Positions 21,039 to 31,501 are shown, numbered from the stretch's first letter. The stretch: 64,000 bases of DNA from Candidatus Daviesbacteria bacterium (GCA_016176405.1 JACOXG010000012.1:2217-66216); one strand, 5' to 3'. Notes: generated by a model not told the origin, from the letters alone. Numbers and translations are program-made.

Positions 21039-21780
21039 TAAGTATGAATTAAATTTGATGAGGAAAAGTGGTCTAATTTCGGCAAAAGCTTTAAAGAAGG
21101 TTTTGGATAATATCAGATTGGGAATCAGTGGACTTGAGTTGGATCGGGTTGCTGAAAAAACTATAACTCAATTGGGAGGGGAGGCATCTTTTAAAACAGT
21201 GCCTCAGTATCATTGGACGTCTTGTATCACCATCAATGAACAAGTGGTACACGGTATCCCCACTGAAAGAAAGATTAACAAGGGAGATTTGGTCAGTATT
21301 GATTTGGGAGCAGTCTATAAAGGTTGGCACACGGACTGCGCCTGGACAGTATTGGTGGGAAAGGATGGGCAAGAAAAAAGGAAATTTTTACAAGTAGGAG
21401 AGCAGGCTTTATGGGATGGAGTAGAACAAGCAGTAGATGGAAAAAGAATTGGTGATATTTCATCTGCAATTCAAAATAGGGTAGAAAGTGCAGGATATTT
21501 TGTAGTAAGAGCATTGGTAGGGCATGGAGTGGGAAAAAGTTTACATGAAGAACCAGAGGTGCCAGGTTATGGAAGTCAAGGAACGGGTCTTAAATTAAAA
21601 AAGGGGATGAGTTTGGCAATTGAGACCATTTATGCTAAAGGTACCTCGGAGGTAGTTTTAGAAAAGGATGGATGGACTTATTCTTCTGCGGATGGCTCTT
21701 GGGCAGGACTTTTCGAGATGACGGTGATTGTAGGGAAAGAAAGGGGGGAAGTTTTAACAGATTGGCGAAACATCCCATAG
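21025..21780 (+). CDS. map: Methionine aminopeptidase type I
   Basis: VVHGIP, GHGVGKSLHEEP. Confidence 0.97.
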   Translation: MKSRNKYELNLMRKSGLISAKALKKVLDNIRLGISGLELDRVAEKTITQLGGEASFKTVPQYHWTSCITINEQVVHGIPTERKINKGDLVSIDLGAVYKGWHTDCAWTVLVGKDGQEKRKFLQVGEQALWDGVEQAVDGKRIGDISSAIQNRVESAGYFVVRALVGHGVGKSLHEEPEVPGYGSQGTGLKLKKGMSLAIETIYAKGTSEVVLEKDGWTYSSADGSWAGLFEMTVIVGKERGEVLTDWRNIP

Positions 21781-21825
21781 TTGACGGATTGAACATAATT
21801 TGTTAAACTAACAGTTTATAAATAA

Positions 21826-22068
21826 ATGATACAAGATGTAATTGAAATAGAGGGTAAGGTTGTGGAAGTTTTACCTAATACTTTATTTAGAGTTGAAATT
21901 GAGGAAAGTCGCGATCTGCCTGAACTGGTAGGCAGAGTCATCTTGTGTCATATATCAGGCAAGATGAGAATGCACTATATTAGGCTTTTGGAAGGAGATA
22001 AAGTTAGAATAGAGATGAGTCCGAAATATGATTTGGATAAAGGAAGGATAACATTTAGAATAAAGTGA
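21826..22068 (+). CDS. infA: Translation initiation factor IF-1
   Basis: [22 protein letters not shown]. Confidence 0.97.
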   Translation: MIQDVIEIEGKVVEVLPNTLFRVEIEESRDLPELVGRVILCHISGKMRMHYIRLLEGDKVRIEMSPKYDLDKGRITFRIK

Positions 22069-22182
22069 CACGAAGTGTCATCCTGAACGAAGTGAAGGAT
22101 CTGATTACGAGGGAGATCCTTCGACTCGCTTCGCTCGCTCAGGATGACAGAAAAATTTAAGAAATTATAATTTTTCTGTCAA
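22066..22182 (+). repeat. Family A repeat, two-armed copy with TGACA/TGTCA hairpins at both ends
   Basis: TGTCATCCTGAACGAAGTGAAGGATCT ... AGATCCTTCG...CTCAGGATGACA plus 13-bp hairpin 22145-22181. Confidence 0.9.
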
Positions 22183-22188
22183 CTAACA

Positions 22189-22305
22189 ATGAAAGTACAA
22201 GCAAGTATTAAAACAAGATGTAAGTTTTGCAAAATCGTTAAACGCGAGGGTATCTTGTACGTGATCTGTCCAAGAGATCCAAGACACAAGCAGAGACAAG
22301 GATAA
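22189..22305 (+). CDS. rpmJ: 50S ribosomal protein bL36 (not in ORF track)
   Basis: [38 protein letters not shown]. Confidence 0.97.
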   Translation: MKVQASIKTRCKFCKIVKREGILYVICPRDPRHKQRQG

Positions 22306-22311
22306 AATACT

Positions 22312-22341
22312 TGTCCTGAGCGACTGAAAGGAGTCGAAGGA
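22312..22341 (+). repeat. Family A half-element directly before rpsM
   Basis: TGTCCTGAGCGACTGAAAGGAGTCGAAGGA; contains the AAGGAG SD for rpsM. Confidence 0.7.
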
Positions 22342-22802
22342 TGGCTAGAATTGCAGGAGTTGATTTACCAGAAAATAAAAGAGTTGATATTGGTTTAACC
22401 TATATCTTTGGGATAGGTAGATCCAATGTGATTCAGATTATAAAAAAAACAGGTATTGATGAAACAAAAAGAGTAAAAGATTTAACAGAGGAAGAAATTA
22501 ATAAATTACAAAAGGCTGTTGAGGAATTTAAAGTAGAGGGAGATTTATCCAGAGAAATTGAGCAAAATATTAAGAGATTAGAAGAAACTGGAAGCTATAG
22601 GGGAATCAGACATAGAAGGGGATTACCTGTCAGAGGGCAAAGGACTAAATCTAATGCTAGAACAAAACGAGGTAAAAGAAAAACAGTTGGGACAGTCAGG
22701 AAAGAGGCTGCGGCCAAAATGGGCGCTCCATCTGTTGTAGCTGGACCGACTAAAGAGGCTCAACCTCAAGTGAGCAAAGAAGTGGCCAAGGAAGGGGTAT
22801 AA
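22341..22802 (+). CDS. rpsM: 30S ribosomal protein uS13
   Basis: [32 protein letters not shown]. Confidence 0.98.
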   Translation: MARIAGVDLPENKRVDIGLTYIFGIGRSNVIQIIKKTGIDETKRVKDLTEEEINKLQKAVEEFKVEGDLSREIEQNIKRLEETGSYRGIRHRRGLPVRGQRTKSNARTKRGKRKTVGTVRKEAAAKMGAPSVVAGPTKEAQPQVSKEVAKEGV

Positions 22803-22848
22803 TCGCAAGATTACATCTTGCTCTTGTAACTCAGAAAGTTATAAAACT

Positions 22849-23241
22849 ATGGCAAAAAAAATAAAAAAGATAACTAAAAAGGTAGGAGAGAAAAAACTCA
22901 CATCAGGTAGAGTCTATGTAACAGCTACCTTCAACAATACCCTGGTCACTTTAACAGATAGTGCTGGAAATACTCTGGCTTGGGGATCTTCTGGAAACTC
23001 CGGTTTTAAAGGGGCCAGAAAAGCCACTCCATTTGCTGCAATTTCTGCCATGGAAAATGTCGCCCAAAAAGCTAAGGGTTTAGGCATGAATAGTTGTGAA
23101 GTTTATATTAAGGGACCAGGACCTGGACGAGATGCCACTATTAGGGCTTTAAGAAGTGCTGGTATTAATATTACCATGATTGCTGATGTGACACCTATTC
23201 CGCATAATGGTCCCAGACCTAAGAAAAGGAGACGCGTCTAA
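22849..23241 (+). CDS. rpsK: 30S ribosomal protein uS11
   Basis: TFNNT, DVTPIPHNG. Confidence 0.98.
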   Translation: MAKKIKKITKKVGEKKLTSGRVYVTATFNNTLVTLTDSAGNTLAWGSSGNSGFKGARKATPFAAISAMENVAQKAKGLGMNSCEVYIKGPGPGRDATIRALRSAGINITMIADVTPIPHNGPRPKKRRRV

Positions 23242-23843
23242 TGGCCCGCTACATCGGTCCAAAAAGAAGATTATCTAGAAGAGAAGGATTGGCTCTTTTT
23301 GGAAAAGATGCCAAGATCTTAGAGAGAAAAGGAGCTATTCCACCTGGTCAACACGGACTGCGAACAAGAAGAAGAGTATCAGAATATGGTTTGCAACTTC
23401 GGGAAAAACAAAAGGCCAAAAGAATGTTTGGTATTTTAGAAAAACAATTTAAGAAATATTTCAATGAGGCCTCCCGCTTTAGAGGGTCAACCGGCTTGAA
23501 AATACTTGAGCTTTTGGAAAGTAGATTGGATAATATAGTATATAGGTTGGGATTTACCCAAAGCAGAATGCAAGCCAGACAGCTGATTTCACACGGGCAT
23601 ATTAGATTAGACGGCAAGAAAATCAATATTCCCTCTCATCATGTTAAAGAGGGACAAACTATTGCATTATCCGAGAAATTAAGCGATAATACACAGATTA
23701 AAAAGGCTCTTTCGGATAATCAAACCTTGCCAGAGTGGCTAAAAAGAGAAGCTACTTTAGGCAAGGTTTTAAGAATGCCTGAAAGGAGCGAGATGGAACA
23801 ATCAATTGATGAACAGTTGATTGTAGAATATTATTCTCGTTAA
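23241..23843 (+). CDS. rpsD: 30S ribosomal protein uS4
   Basis: PPGQHG, LESRLDNIVYR, IVEYYSR. Confidence 0.98.
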   Translation: MARYIGPKRRLSRREGLALFGKDAKILERKGAIPPGQHGLRTRRRVSEYGLQLREKQKAKRMFGILEKQFKKYFNEASRFRGSTGLKILELLESRLDNIVYRLGFTQSRMQARQLISHGHIRLDGKKINIPSHHVKEGQTIALSEKLSDNTQIKKALSDNQTLPEWLKREATLGKVLRMPERSEMEQSIDEQLIVEYYSR

Positions 23844-23848
23844 TTATT

Positions 23849-24751
23849 ATGTTTAAAATTAAGACAGAAAACGAAAAAGAAAATTATGCCAAACTTTCAA
23901 TTGAACCTTTAGAGGCGGGTTTTGGTCATACTTTGGGAAATAGTTTAAGACGAGTGCTCTTAACAGCCCTGCCTGGCTCAGCGGTTACCTCAGTCAAAAT
24001 TGATGGAGTAGCCCACCAGTTTTCTACTATTGAGGGAGTTTTGGAAGATGTGATAGGAATAATTTTGAATATTAAAAAAATCAGACTGAATGTTTTTTCG
24101 GATGAACCAATTAAATTAGTACTGAAAGCTTCTGGCAAAAAAGAAATTAAGGCTAAAGATTTTGATATTGTAGGTGATGGTGAAATTGCCAATCCCGAAT
24201 CTCACATAGCCACTTTGACAAATTCTTCATCAAAACTAAATATGGAACTAACCGCAGAAAAAGGTAAAGGATATTCCATATCTGATGAGCGAAAAGGAGG
24301 AGAGATAGGAGTGATTGCAGTCGATGCCCTATTTACTCCGGTTACGGCTGTCAATTATGCAGTAGAACCAACCCGGGTGGGTAGAAGAAGTGATTTTGAT
24401 AAACTAATTTTGGAAATTACCACTGATGGAACTATTACTCCACAGGATGCTTTAAATGAGGCTTCGAAAATTTTATCTGAGACCTTCCATAAGGTTTATG
24501 AACCAGATAAGGAAGAAGAAGTTGAAGCAGCTCCAAAAATTTCCGATGAAGTTTTGAAATTGACAGTTGAAGAACTTGATCTACCGGTTAGAATTACCAA
24601 TGCCTTAAAAGCCATTGAAATAAATTCTGTGGAAGATTTAATCAATATTCCAAAAAGCCAACTTTTGAAGGCCAAAAATTTGGGTGTCAAATCTTTAAGT
24701 TTAATCTCCGAAAAGCTTTTGGAGAGGGGGTTGTCTTTGCGTGAGGCATAG
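23849..24751 (+). CDS. rpoA: RNA polymerase alpha subunit
   Basis: EPLEAGFGHTLGNSLRRVLL; alpha-CTD KNLGVKS. Confidence 0.98.
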   Translation: MFKIKTENEKENYAKLSIEPLEAGFGHTLGNSLRRVLLTALPGSAVTSVKIDGVAHQFSTIEGVLEDVIGIILNIKKIRLNVFSDEPIKLVLKASGKKEIKAKDFDIVGDGEIANPESHIATLTNSSSKLNMELTAEKGKGYSISDERKGGEIGVIAVDALFTPVTAVNYAVEPTRVGRRSDFDKLILEITTDGTITPQDALNEASKILSETFHKVYEPDKEEEVEAAPKISDEVLKLTVEELDLPVRITNALKAIEINSVEDLINIPKSQLLKAKNLGVKSLSLISEKLLERGLSLREA

Positions 24752-25247
24752 AGTTTATGGCAAAAAACTTGGCAGAAATAAAGATGAAAGAGATACACTA
24801 TTTAAAAGTTTAGTGCGCTCCCTTTTTACCTACGGAACTATTCAAACATCTGAAACTAAAGCAAAAGCCATTAAAGGATTAGTTGATAAGGTGATTAATT
24901 TGGCAAAGGAAAAAAATGAGCAAAGGCTTCAATCCTTTTTAATAGATAAAAACTTAAGGGAAAGACTCATTAAAGAAATTGTCCCCAAGGTTGGGAATCG
25001 TTCTTCAGGTTATACTTCTTTGGTGAAATTGGGTACTAGATTAGGAGATCAAACCATGATGGTGAAAATGAGTTTGATTGGAGTAGAGGAATTGGAGCCA
25101 GTTAAGGTAGAGGTATCAAAGGAAACAAAGGTATCAAAAGTATCAAAGGTGAAATCAGTTAGCAAATCGTCTAAAGAAAAGGTAGAAAAACAAAAAATAA
25201 ATAATAGAAAACCTATGAAAAGAGTTGCAAAAAGGATTAAAAAATAA
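24741..25247 (+). CDS. rplQ: 50S ribosomal protein bL17 (VSK-repeat C-terminal tail)
   Basis: MRHR..KKLGR, RSSGYT, RLGD. Confidence 0.95.
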   Translation: MRHRVYGKKLGRNKDERDTLFKSLVRSLFTYGTIQTSETKAKAIKGLVDKVINLAKEKNEQRLQSFLIDKNLRERLIKEIVPKVGNRSSGYTSLVKLGTRLGDQTMMVKMSLIGVEELEPVKVEVSKETKVSKVSKVKSVSKSSKEKVEKQKINNRKPMKRVAKRIKK

Positions 25248-25250
25248 AAT

Positions 25251-25679
25251 ATGGGAACTAATGTATTTTCAGCAAAAGATATAAAAAGAGGGTGGTATCT
25301 GATTGATGCTAAAGACCAAATATTGGGCAGGTTAGCCACACAAGTAGCCCGCCTTTTGATGGGCAAACAAAAACCCCAGTTCGTCCCCTATTTAGATACT
25401 GGTGATTTTGTGGTGGTGGTGAATGCAGGTAAAGTTAAGGTGAGTGGTAAAAAGGCCATGCAAAAACAATATGTTCACCATTCAGGCTATCCAGGTGGCT
25501 TAAAACAAGAGAGTTTTGATAAACTTCTTCAAAGAAAACCCAACTTTATTATAGAACATGCTGTTAAAGGGATGTTACCTAAAAATAAATTGGGAAAAAA
25601 AATGATAAAAAAGTTAAAGGTTTTTGCAGATGAAAATCATCCCTTTAAAAAACAACTGGAATTAAAGGAGAATAAGTAA
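25251..25679 (+). CDS. rplM: 50S ribosomal protein uL13
   Basis: [21 protein letters not shown]. Confidence 0.98.
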   Translation: MGTNVFSAKDIKRGWYLIDAKDQILGRLATQVARLLMGKQKPQFVPYLDTGDFVVVVNAGKVKVSGKKAMQKQYVHHSGYPGGLKQESFDKLLQRKPNFIIEHAVKGMLPKNKLGKKMIKKLKVFADENHPFKKQLELKENK

Positions 25680-26098
25680 TGGAAGAAGTTAAAAAAATCA
25701 AAAACAATGGAGAGATTGTATATGCTGTAGGAAGGAGAAAAGAGGCTTTGGCTAGAGTCAGATTGTCAAAGGGTAATGGCCAAATTATGGTTAATGGTAA
25801 ACCAATTGGTGAATATTTTTCCTCTTTTATTTCTCAAAAAATTTACTCAAAACCTTTAGAGATTACCAAAACTTTAAATAAGTATCATATTTCTATTAAA
25901 GTTGAAGGTGGGGGAAGGAATGCTCAGTTGGAAGCAGTAGTTCATGGAATTTCCAGAGCTTTATCCAAAACAGATGGCAGTTTAAGACCAATTCTTAAAA
26001 AAGAAAAGTTTCTAACCAGAGATGCCAGGGTTAAAGAAAGAAGAAAATATGGTAATGCAGGAAAAGCCAGGGCCAAAAAACAATCTCCAAAACGTTAA
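25679..26098 (+). CDS. rpsI: 30S ribosomal protein uS9
   Basis: GRRK, LTRDARVKERRKYG, QSPKR. Confidence 0.98.
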   Translation: MEEVKKIKNNGEIVYAVGRRKEALARVRLSKGNGQIMVNGKPIGEYFSSFISQKIYSKPLEITKTLNKYHISIKVEGGGRNAQLEAVVHGISRALSKTDGSLRPILKKEKFLTRDARVKERRKYGNAGKARAKKQSPKR

Positions 26099-26129
26099 TC
26101 GAACTTCATGGTAAAATAAATAGCAATCT

Positions 26130-27542
26130 ATGGATTTACCCCCTGAGAAGATTTTTAAAAGTTATGATATTAGAGGAATTTATCCTGATCAGTTAAATGA
26201 ACAATTTGCCATCCCCATTACCAAAGCCATTTATAAACTTATTTCTGATCAACTAAATACCACTAAACCTCTCACTATTGCCGTAGGACGTGATATGAGA
26301 TTATCTTCTCCTGCTATTTTTGAGGCAGTTTCTAAAACTTTGGTGGAATTAGGTACAGAAGTGATTGATTTAGGAATTGTTTCCACCCCCACTTTTTATT
26401 TTGCAGTTTATAAATTTGGATATGACGGTGGGATTCAAATCACTGCCTCGCATAATCCCAAAGAGTATAACGGTTTAAAGATTGTTAGAAAATCGAAAAG
26501 TGGACTTATCAAAATTGGTAAAAATACTGGTATGGAAGATATTAAGAAAATGAGTAGAGAAGGGGTGGATATTGTTGCTCGAGGAAAAGGCAGTATTACC
26601 AAAAAAGAAGGGGTAGCTGAAGAAGAGGTACAAAATGCTTTAAAAATTGCAGGCTATCCTAATATTAAAAAATTTAAAATTGTGGCGGATGCAGCAAATG
26701 CCTTAGGAGCTTTATATATTGATGCTTTATTTAAAGCTATCCCTGGGGATTTAATAAAAATGAATTTTGAGCTAGATGGTACTTTTCCAGCTCACCCGGC
26801 AGATCCACTTATACCAGAAACTTTAAAAGATTTACAAAAAAAAGTTTTGGAGGAAAAAGCAGATTTTGGACTGGCCCCGGATGGAGATGGGGACAGATTA
26901 ATTTTTATTGATGAAAAAGGCCAAATCATTCCTGCCTCTTTGATCACTGCTTTGGTGGCCAAAGAGATACTATCCGAGAAAAAAGGGGAAACTATTCTTT
27001 TTGATATTCGCTATATTTTAACTCCTAAAAAAATTGTTGAGGAATACCAAGGTAAATATGAAATTACCAAAGTGGGACATGCTTTTATTACAGAAAAAAT
27101 GCACCAAACAGGTGGGATTTTTGCCGGTGAATCATCCGCCCATTATTTTTTTAGAGAGACTGGTAATGCTGAATCACAACTACCAATAATTTTAATAGTT
27201 CTTAAAGTAATGAGCCGCGAAAATAAATTAATTTCAGAGATTGTCGGATCGCTAAAGAGGAGTCATGAATCAGGGGAGATTAATTTCAGGGTGAAAAATG
27301 GCTTGGAAATAATCGAGGCTTTAAAGGAGAAATATTCGGATGCAGAAATTAGTGAATTGGATGGGATAGCAGTATCTTATAAAGACTGGCGATTTTCCAT
27401 TAGAACATCTAACACCGAACCATTGCTTCGTCTTAATGTTGAACATATTGGAAAAGAAGATTTGGAGGGTAAAACTCAAGAGATAATTGAGGAAATCAAA
27501 AAGCATGCAGTGTTTGAGGGTCCTTCGACAAACTCAGGATGA
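26130..27542 (+). CDS. Phosphomannomutase/phosphoglucomutase
   Basis: YDIRG, TASHNP, DGDGDR, GESSAH, SNTEP. Confidence 0.95.
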   Translation: MDLPPEKIFKSYDIRGIYPDQLNEQFAIPITKAIYKLISDQLNTTKPLTIAVGRDMRLSSPAIFEAVSKTLVELGTEVIDLGIVSTPTFYFAVYKFGYDGGIQITASHNPKEYNGLKIVRKSKSGLIKIGKNTGMEDIKKMSREGVDIVARGKGSITKKEGVAEEEVQNALKIAGYPNIKKFKIVADAANALGALYIDALFKAIPGDLIKMNFELDGTFPAHPADPLIPETLKDLQKKVLEEKADFGLAPDGDGDRLIFIDEKGQIIPASLITALVAKEILSEKKGETILFDIRYILTPKKIVEEYQGKYEITKVGHAFITEKMHQTGGIFAGESSAHYFFRETGNAESQLPIILIVLKVMSRENKLISEIVGSLKRSHESGEINFRVKNGLEIIEALKEKYSDAEISELDGIAVSYKDWRFSIRTSNTEPLLRLNVEHIGKEDLEGKTQEIIEEIKKHAVFEGPSTNSG

Positions 27543-27561
27543 CGAATTAGGAAATTTGTCA
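27519..27561 (+). repeat. Family A half-element supplying the last codons and stop of the pgm gene
   Basis: GGTCCTTCGACAAACTCAGGATGAC followed by a short TGAC...TGTCA hairpin. Confidence 0.75.
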
Positions 27562-27597
27562 CTTGCCAAAATAATTTGATTATGATTTAATAATAAA

Positions 27598-27748
27598 TAC
27601 ATCAAGAGTTCCCGCACCAAACTGGTGCGGGACGGCAACCGGAAAGTAACGGTGCCAAATTCCAACTGCCAATAGGCAGAACGAGAGGAAGATGTGTCCC
27701 GAGCTTGTCGAGGGAAAACTTTAAGCCTCTCGATTAGAGAGGTTTTTT
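27598..27748 (+). ncRNA. SAM-I-clan riboswitch with terminator/antiterminator upstream of metK
   Basis: ATCAAGAG, GGCAACC, GGTGCCAAATTCC, GAAGATG core; P1 TACATC/GATGTG; terminator CCTCTC/GAGAGG-T6; CGAGAGG can pair with CCTCTCG. Confidence 0.88.
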
Positions 27749-27750
27749 AA

Positions 27751-28863
27751 ATGATAAAAAACGGTAATACATCTTTCACTTCCGAATCAGTCTGCGCTGG
27801 TCATCCAGATAAAATTTGTGACCAAATCTCTGATGCTATATTAGATGCAGTTTTAACTCAAGATTCTCAAGGCAGAACTGCCATTGAATGTTTAGCAGGA
27901 CATAATAGACTAATTATTGCCGGAGAAGTAGGTGCCAAAGCCAAAATCAATTTTAAAAAAATTGCCAGAGATCAAATAAAAAGATTAGGTTATACTAATT
28001 CTGAATTTAATTTTTCAGACAAATCTCCAATAGAGGTATTTGTTCACGAACAATCCCCGGAAATTGCTGTTGGGGTAAAGAAAAAAGGAGCAGGGGATCA
28101 GGGAATGATGTTTGGTTTTGCCTGTAAGGAAACTGACTCACTGATGCCTCTTCCTATTACTATTGCCCATGCCTTAGTTAAAAGAATGGATCAAGTCAGG
28201 GAGGAAAAAATTGTTAAATATTTAAGGCCTGATGGGAAATCGCAGGTCACTGTGGAATATAGAAATGGCAAGCCCTATCGAGTAACTCAAGTTGTAATAG
28301 CAATACCACATGAAGAATCAGTGGATCTAAGTCAGGTGAAAGATGATGTATATAAAAATATTGTCATACCAGTTTTGGATGTTTTTGGATTTAAAATAAA
28401 AAAGGATCAATTAATTGTAAATGGTACAGGTATCTGGCATAACGGAGGGCCGGCATCAGATTGCGGGTTAACTGGTAGGAAAATTGTGGTTGATACTTAT
28501 GGAGGTATGAGTAGGGTAGGTGGTGGTTGTTTTTCTGGAAAAGAACCTTCAAAAGTTGATAGGGGAGGAGCATATGCTGCCAGATTTTTGGCCAAAAATA
28601 TTGTGGCTTCTGGTTTGGCTGATAAAGCAGAAGTGAGACTAGCCTATTTTATTGGGGCTAAAAAACCAACCATGCAAGATGTGGAAACATTTGGTACTGC
28701 TAAAAAATCTCATAAAATTATACTTTCTTTTATGAATAAAATTTTAGATACTTCAGTTTCAGGGATTTTACAAGGATTAGATTTACAAAGACCAATATAT
28801 TTACCAACAGCCTCATATGGACATTTCGGTAGAGAAGAATTCCCTTGGGAAAGAATAGTTTAA
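27751..28863 (+). CDS. metK: S-adenosylmethionine synthetase
   Basis: GHPDKICDQ, GAGDQG, GLTGRKI, KVDR. Confidence 0.98.
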   Translation: MIKNGNTSFTSESVCAGHPDKICDQISDAILDAVLTQDSQGRTAIECLAGHNRLIIAGEVGAKAKINFKKIARDQIKRLGYTNSEFNFSDKSPIEVFVHEQSPEIAVGVKKKGAGDQGMMFGFACKETDSLMPLPITIAHALVKRMDQVREEKIVKYLRPDGKSQVTVEYRNGKPYRVTQVVIAIPHEESVDLSQVKDDVYKNIVIPVLDVFGFKIKKDQLIVNGTGIWHNGGPASDCGLTGRKIVVDTYGGMSRVGGGCFSGKEPSKVDRGGAYAARFLAKNIVASGLADKAEVRLAYFIGAKKPTMQDVETFGTAKKSHKIILSFMNKILDTSVSGILQGLDLQRPIYLPTASYGHFGREEFPWERIV

Positions 28864-28870
28864 ATATAAC

Positions 28871-29734
28871 CTAAAGATATTTTTCAAAAAATTCTTCAAT
28901 TAATTTTTGATAATTAGTACCAGATAAATATCCGTGAGGCCCTCGGTCTAAAATTACTACTTGAGAATTTTTATTATTTTTTAAAACCTCTTTAAACCTT
29001 TGACTGTTTTTAATTGAGACTACATCATCAGCTGGGCTGGCAATTATCAAAATAGGTGTTAATAAATTTGCAAGAATTCTATCTGGGGCAGCATCCTTTG
29101 CATCTAAATTATAAATTAATTTTGCCCAAAATTTAGTAAGGGACATTAAAGGTTTTTGTAAATATGGAAGATGACCATAATAAACCTCTCCCATTAAATC
29201 TAAATTAGCAAAGGCAGAATCTGCAACAGAAGCTTTAACATCTTGAGTATGTGGTAGTGTTAAAAGCCCCACCGATCCTCCAAAAGAAAAGCCCATCAAC
29301 CCAATGCTTTCTATCTTTTTATTCTCCTTTAAAAATTTTATAGCTGCTAAAACATCTTTTGTTTCATTTACTCCTAAAGTAGTGTAGGCACCCTCGCTTC
29401 TACCAAAATATCTAAAGTCTATAAATAAAAGATGATACTTTTCCTTTAGAAAGGCTGACCAATCTAGCAAATCTCCTTTATCTGCAGGATAACCATGAAG
29501 TAAAATCACAGCTTTGTTACTACTTTTATCATCTGATAATACAAACCAAGTAGAAAGTTTGACAGAATCTGAAGTTTTTAGAGTAATTTCCTCAAACTGC
29601 CAGCCTAGATCTTTAGGGCTAACTCTAGAGATAATTTTAGGAGGGTGAGTGGCTTGCCAAAATCCTAAAAAAGAAATCACAAGCATTAGAATAACAGGAG
29701 TTAAAATAAGGTAAACTAACATTCTTGTTTTCAT
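28871..29734 (-). CDS. Membrane-anchored alpha/beta hydrolase
   Basis: LLHGY, GFSFGG nucleophile elbow, C-terminal His; N-terminal TM. Confidence 0.88.
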   Translation of the reverse strand: MKTRMLVYLILTPVILMLVISFLGFWQATHPPKIISRVSPKDLGWQFEEITLKTSDSVKLSTWFVLSDDKSSNKAVILLHGYPADKGDLLDWSAFLKEKYHLLFIDFRYFGRSEGAYTTLGVNETKDVLAAIKFLKENKKIESIGLMGFSFGGSVGLLTLPHTQDVKASVADSAFANLDLMGEVYYGHLPYLQKPLMSLTKFWAKLIYNLDAKDAAPDRILANLLTPILIIASPADDVVSIKNSQRFKEVLKNNKNSQVVILDRGPHGYLSGTNYQKLIEEFFEKYL

Positions 29735-29742
29735 TTTACAAT

Positions 29743-30012
29743 CTATCTAATATAAAAATCAGAAAAGTTTTGCACCTTACCTTCATTTACCAAAACAGAT
29801 TCCACATTTGCTAAATTAGGGCCTTCATGGCACCAGCTTAAAAATTGGTCTAATTTATTCTCCTCTCCTTCAATCTCAATATAAACCGAACCATCCGGCA
29901 TATTTTTGGCAAAACCAGTTAAATTTAGCTTGTCAGCCTCTTCCTTGCTACTTACTCTAAAAAACACTCCCTGAACACTACCATAAATTTTTATATTTAA
30001 ATGTTTGTACAC
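29743..30012 (-). CDS. acyP: Acylphosphatase
   Basis: GSVQGVFFR, KNMPDGSV. Confidence 0.93.
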   Translation of the reverse strand: MYKHLNIKIYGSVQGVFFRVSSKEEADKLNLTGFAKNMPDGSVYIEIEGEENKLDQFLSWCHEGPNLANVESVLVNEGKVQNFSDFYIR

Positions 30013-30029
30013 TTTATTGGCAAAATATG

Positions 30030-30051
30030 TTGTTTAAATGATTTAAATCAA
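30030..30051 (-). repeat. Solitary degenerate copy of the 28-bp TrpR-flanking repeat
   Basis: Reverse complement TTGATTTAAATCATTTAAACAA matches 20/22 positions. Confidence 0.7.
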
Positions 30052-30060
30052 TGGAACAAT

Positions 30061-30654
30061 TCAATGTCGCCATTTAATAGAACAACCGATACTGGGTTTC
30101 TGATTGGATGCGGGTAATTGGCCGGATAAAATGGCATCAATTGCGGCCCTCAAGTCTTTACCTGTGACAGGAATATTATTTCCTGGTCTTGAATCATCAA
30201 GTTGTCCTCGATAAACTAACTTTCTATCAGCATCAAAGAGAAATAGATCAGGAGTGCAGGTAGCTGAATAATCTTTGGCTACCTCTTGAGTTCCGTCATA
30301 CAAATAAGGAAAGATAAACATTAACTTAGTAGCTTGTTCTTTCAAGGATTCCGGAGCATCCTCAGGATAAGAGGTTATATCATTTGAAGAAATTGCCACA
30401 ATTGCTATATCTTTTTCCTGATAATCTTTACCAATTTGGGAAAGTTCTTTTTGAACATGCTGAACATAAGGGCAATGTCTGCAGATAAACATAATAAGAA
30501 ATGCTTTTTTATTTTCAAAATCAGAAACTGAAACAGTAGTGCCTGAGGTAACATCAGTCAATGAAAAGTTTGGAGCTTTAGTCCCCAGTGGTAACATTGA
30601 AGATTCAACAGCCATAGAAGAATAAATATTATTCCAAATATTAGGAAAATTCAA
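30061..30654 (-). CDS. Thioredoxin-fold AhpC/TSA family protein
   Basis: ICRHCPYV, CTPD, YRGQLDDSRP, PSIGCSIKW; true start may be about 30615. Confidence 0.92.
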   Translation of the reverse strand: MNFPNIWNNIYSSMAVESSMLPLGTKAPNFSLTDVTSGTTVSVSDFENKKAFLIMFICRHCPYVQHVQKELSQIGKDYQEKDIAIVAISSNDITSYPEDAPESLKEQATKLMFIFPYLYDGTQEVAKDYSATCTPDLFLFDADRKLVYRGQLDDSRPGNNIPVTGKDLRAAIDAILSGQLPASNQKPSIGCSIKWRH

Positions 30655-31429
30655 GGATTATGGGTAGATGATCAGAAATTTGAATATTGGGTACTTGGAA
30701 GTTTTTAACTTCAATACCTTTTGAGACAAAGGTATAATCAGCAAACTTTTGAAAATCAGAGCTTTTAAAATAAGGACTTAAATTACTTCTGGTTCTTTTT
30801 ATGTTAAACTCTTTAATTAAATTCCTAAAATCTTTTTCTAATGTTTTAATTAAATATGTATTTGGCAATAAATTAAAATCTCCCACCAATATTTTGGCCC
30901 CCATTGTTCTGTTAAGAATGCTCCATACCCTTTTTGCTTCCCTTAAGCGATTATCTGAATCAAGTTTATCTGGAGGATAAGCAGAACCATGAAAATTAAA
31001 AATATGGAAATTTTTGCCATTGATACTAATTTGGACATGATGGAGGGGAGTGGCTAAATTTGAAAAATCTTTTTTAAGAAAATATAGCGACTTAGGTTTA
31101 TAAATAAAATAATTTTTATAATCTGCTATTTTAATATGATTCTTAAGAAAAATGGCTATTCCATAAGATAAATCAAAGTTAACTTTCTTTGCTTCATCAT
31201 CAAATCCAAACAGGGTGGGAAAATAAAATACTTGAAAATCTTTTAAGATATTTTTAAGTTCATCTAAAAGATTAGCCCTAATAATATTTTTATATTGTTT
31301 AACATTAGAATTAGTATCATAAATTTCTTGTAAACAGAAAATATCTGTGTCATCAGCCTGACTTTGAATAAATTCTATTAAAGGTTCAAAAACTTTGCCA
31401 CCCCAGGTATTTAGAGATATAAGTTTCAT
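30641..31429 (-). CDS. Endonuclease/exonuclease/phosphatase (EEP) family protein
   Basis: SLN, DIFCLQE, GDFN, SDHLP. Confidence 0.92.
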   Translation of the reverse strand: MKLISLNTWGGKVFEPLIEFIQSQADDTDIFCLQEIYDTNSNVKQYKNIIRANLLDELKNILKDFQVFYFPTLFGFDDEAKKVNFDLSYGIAIFLKNHIKIADYKNYFIYKPKSLYFLKKDFSNLATPLHHVQISINGKNFHIFNFHGSAYPPDKLDSDNRLREAKRVWSILNRTMGAKILVGDFNLLPNTYLIKTLEKDFRNLIKEFNIKRTRSNLSPYFKSSDFQKFADYTFVSKGIEVKNFQVPNIQISDHLPIILEFS

Positions 31430-31501
31430 ATTTAGTTTATCACTTGATTCTATCTGAATAAATTAAGTCATTCAACTACAGAAAGATGCTATGATTAAAT
31501 T

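Noticed and set aside
441-26098. Numerous antisense ORFs over rpoC, fusA, tuf and r-protein genes
   Set aside because: Codon-bias shadows without motifs or RBS
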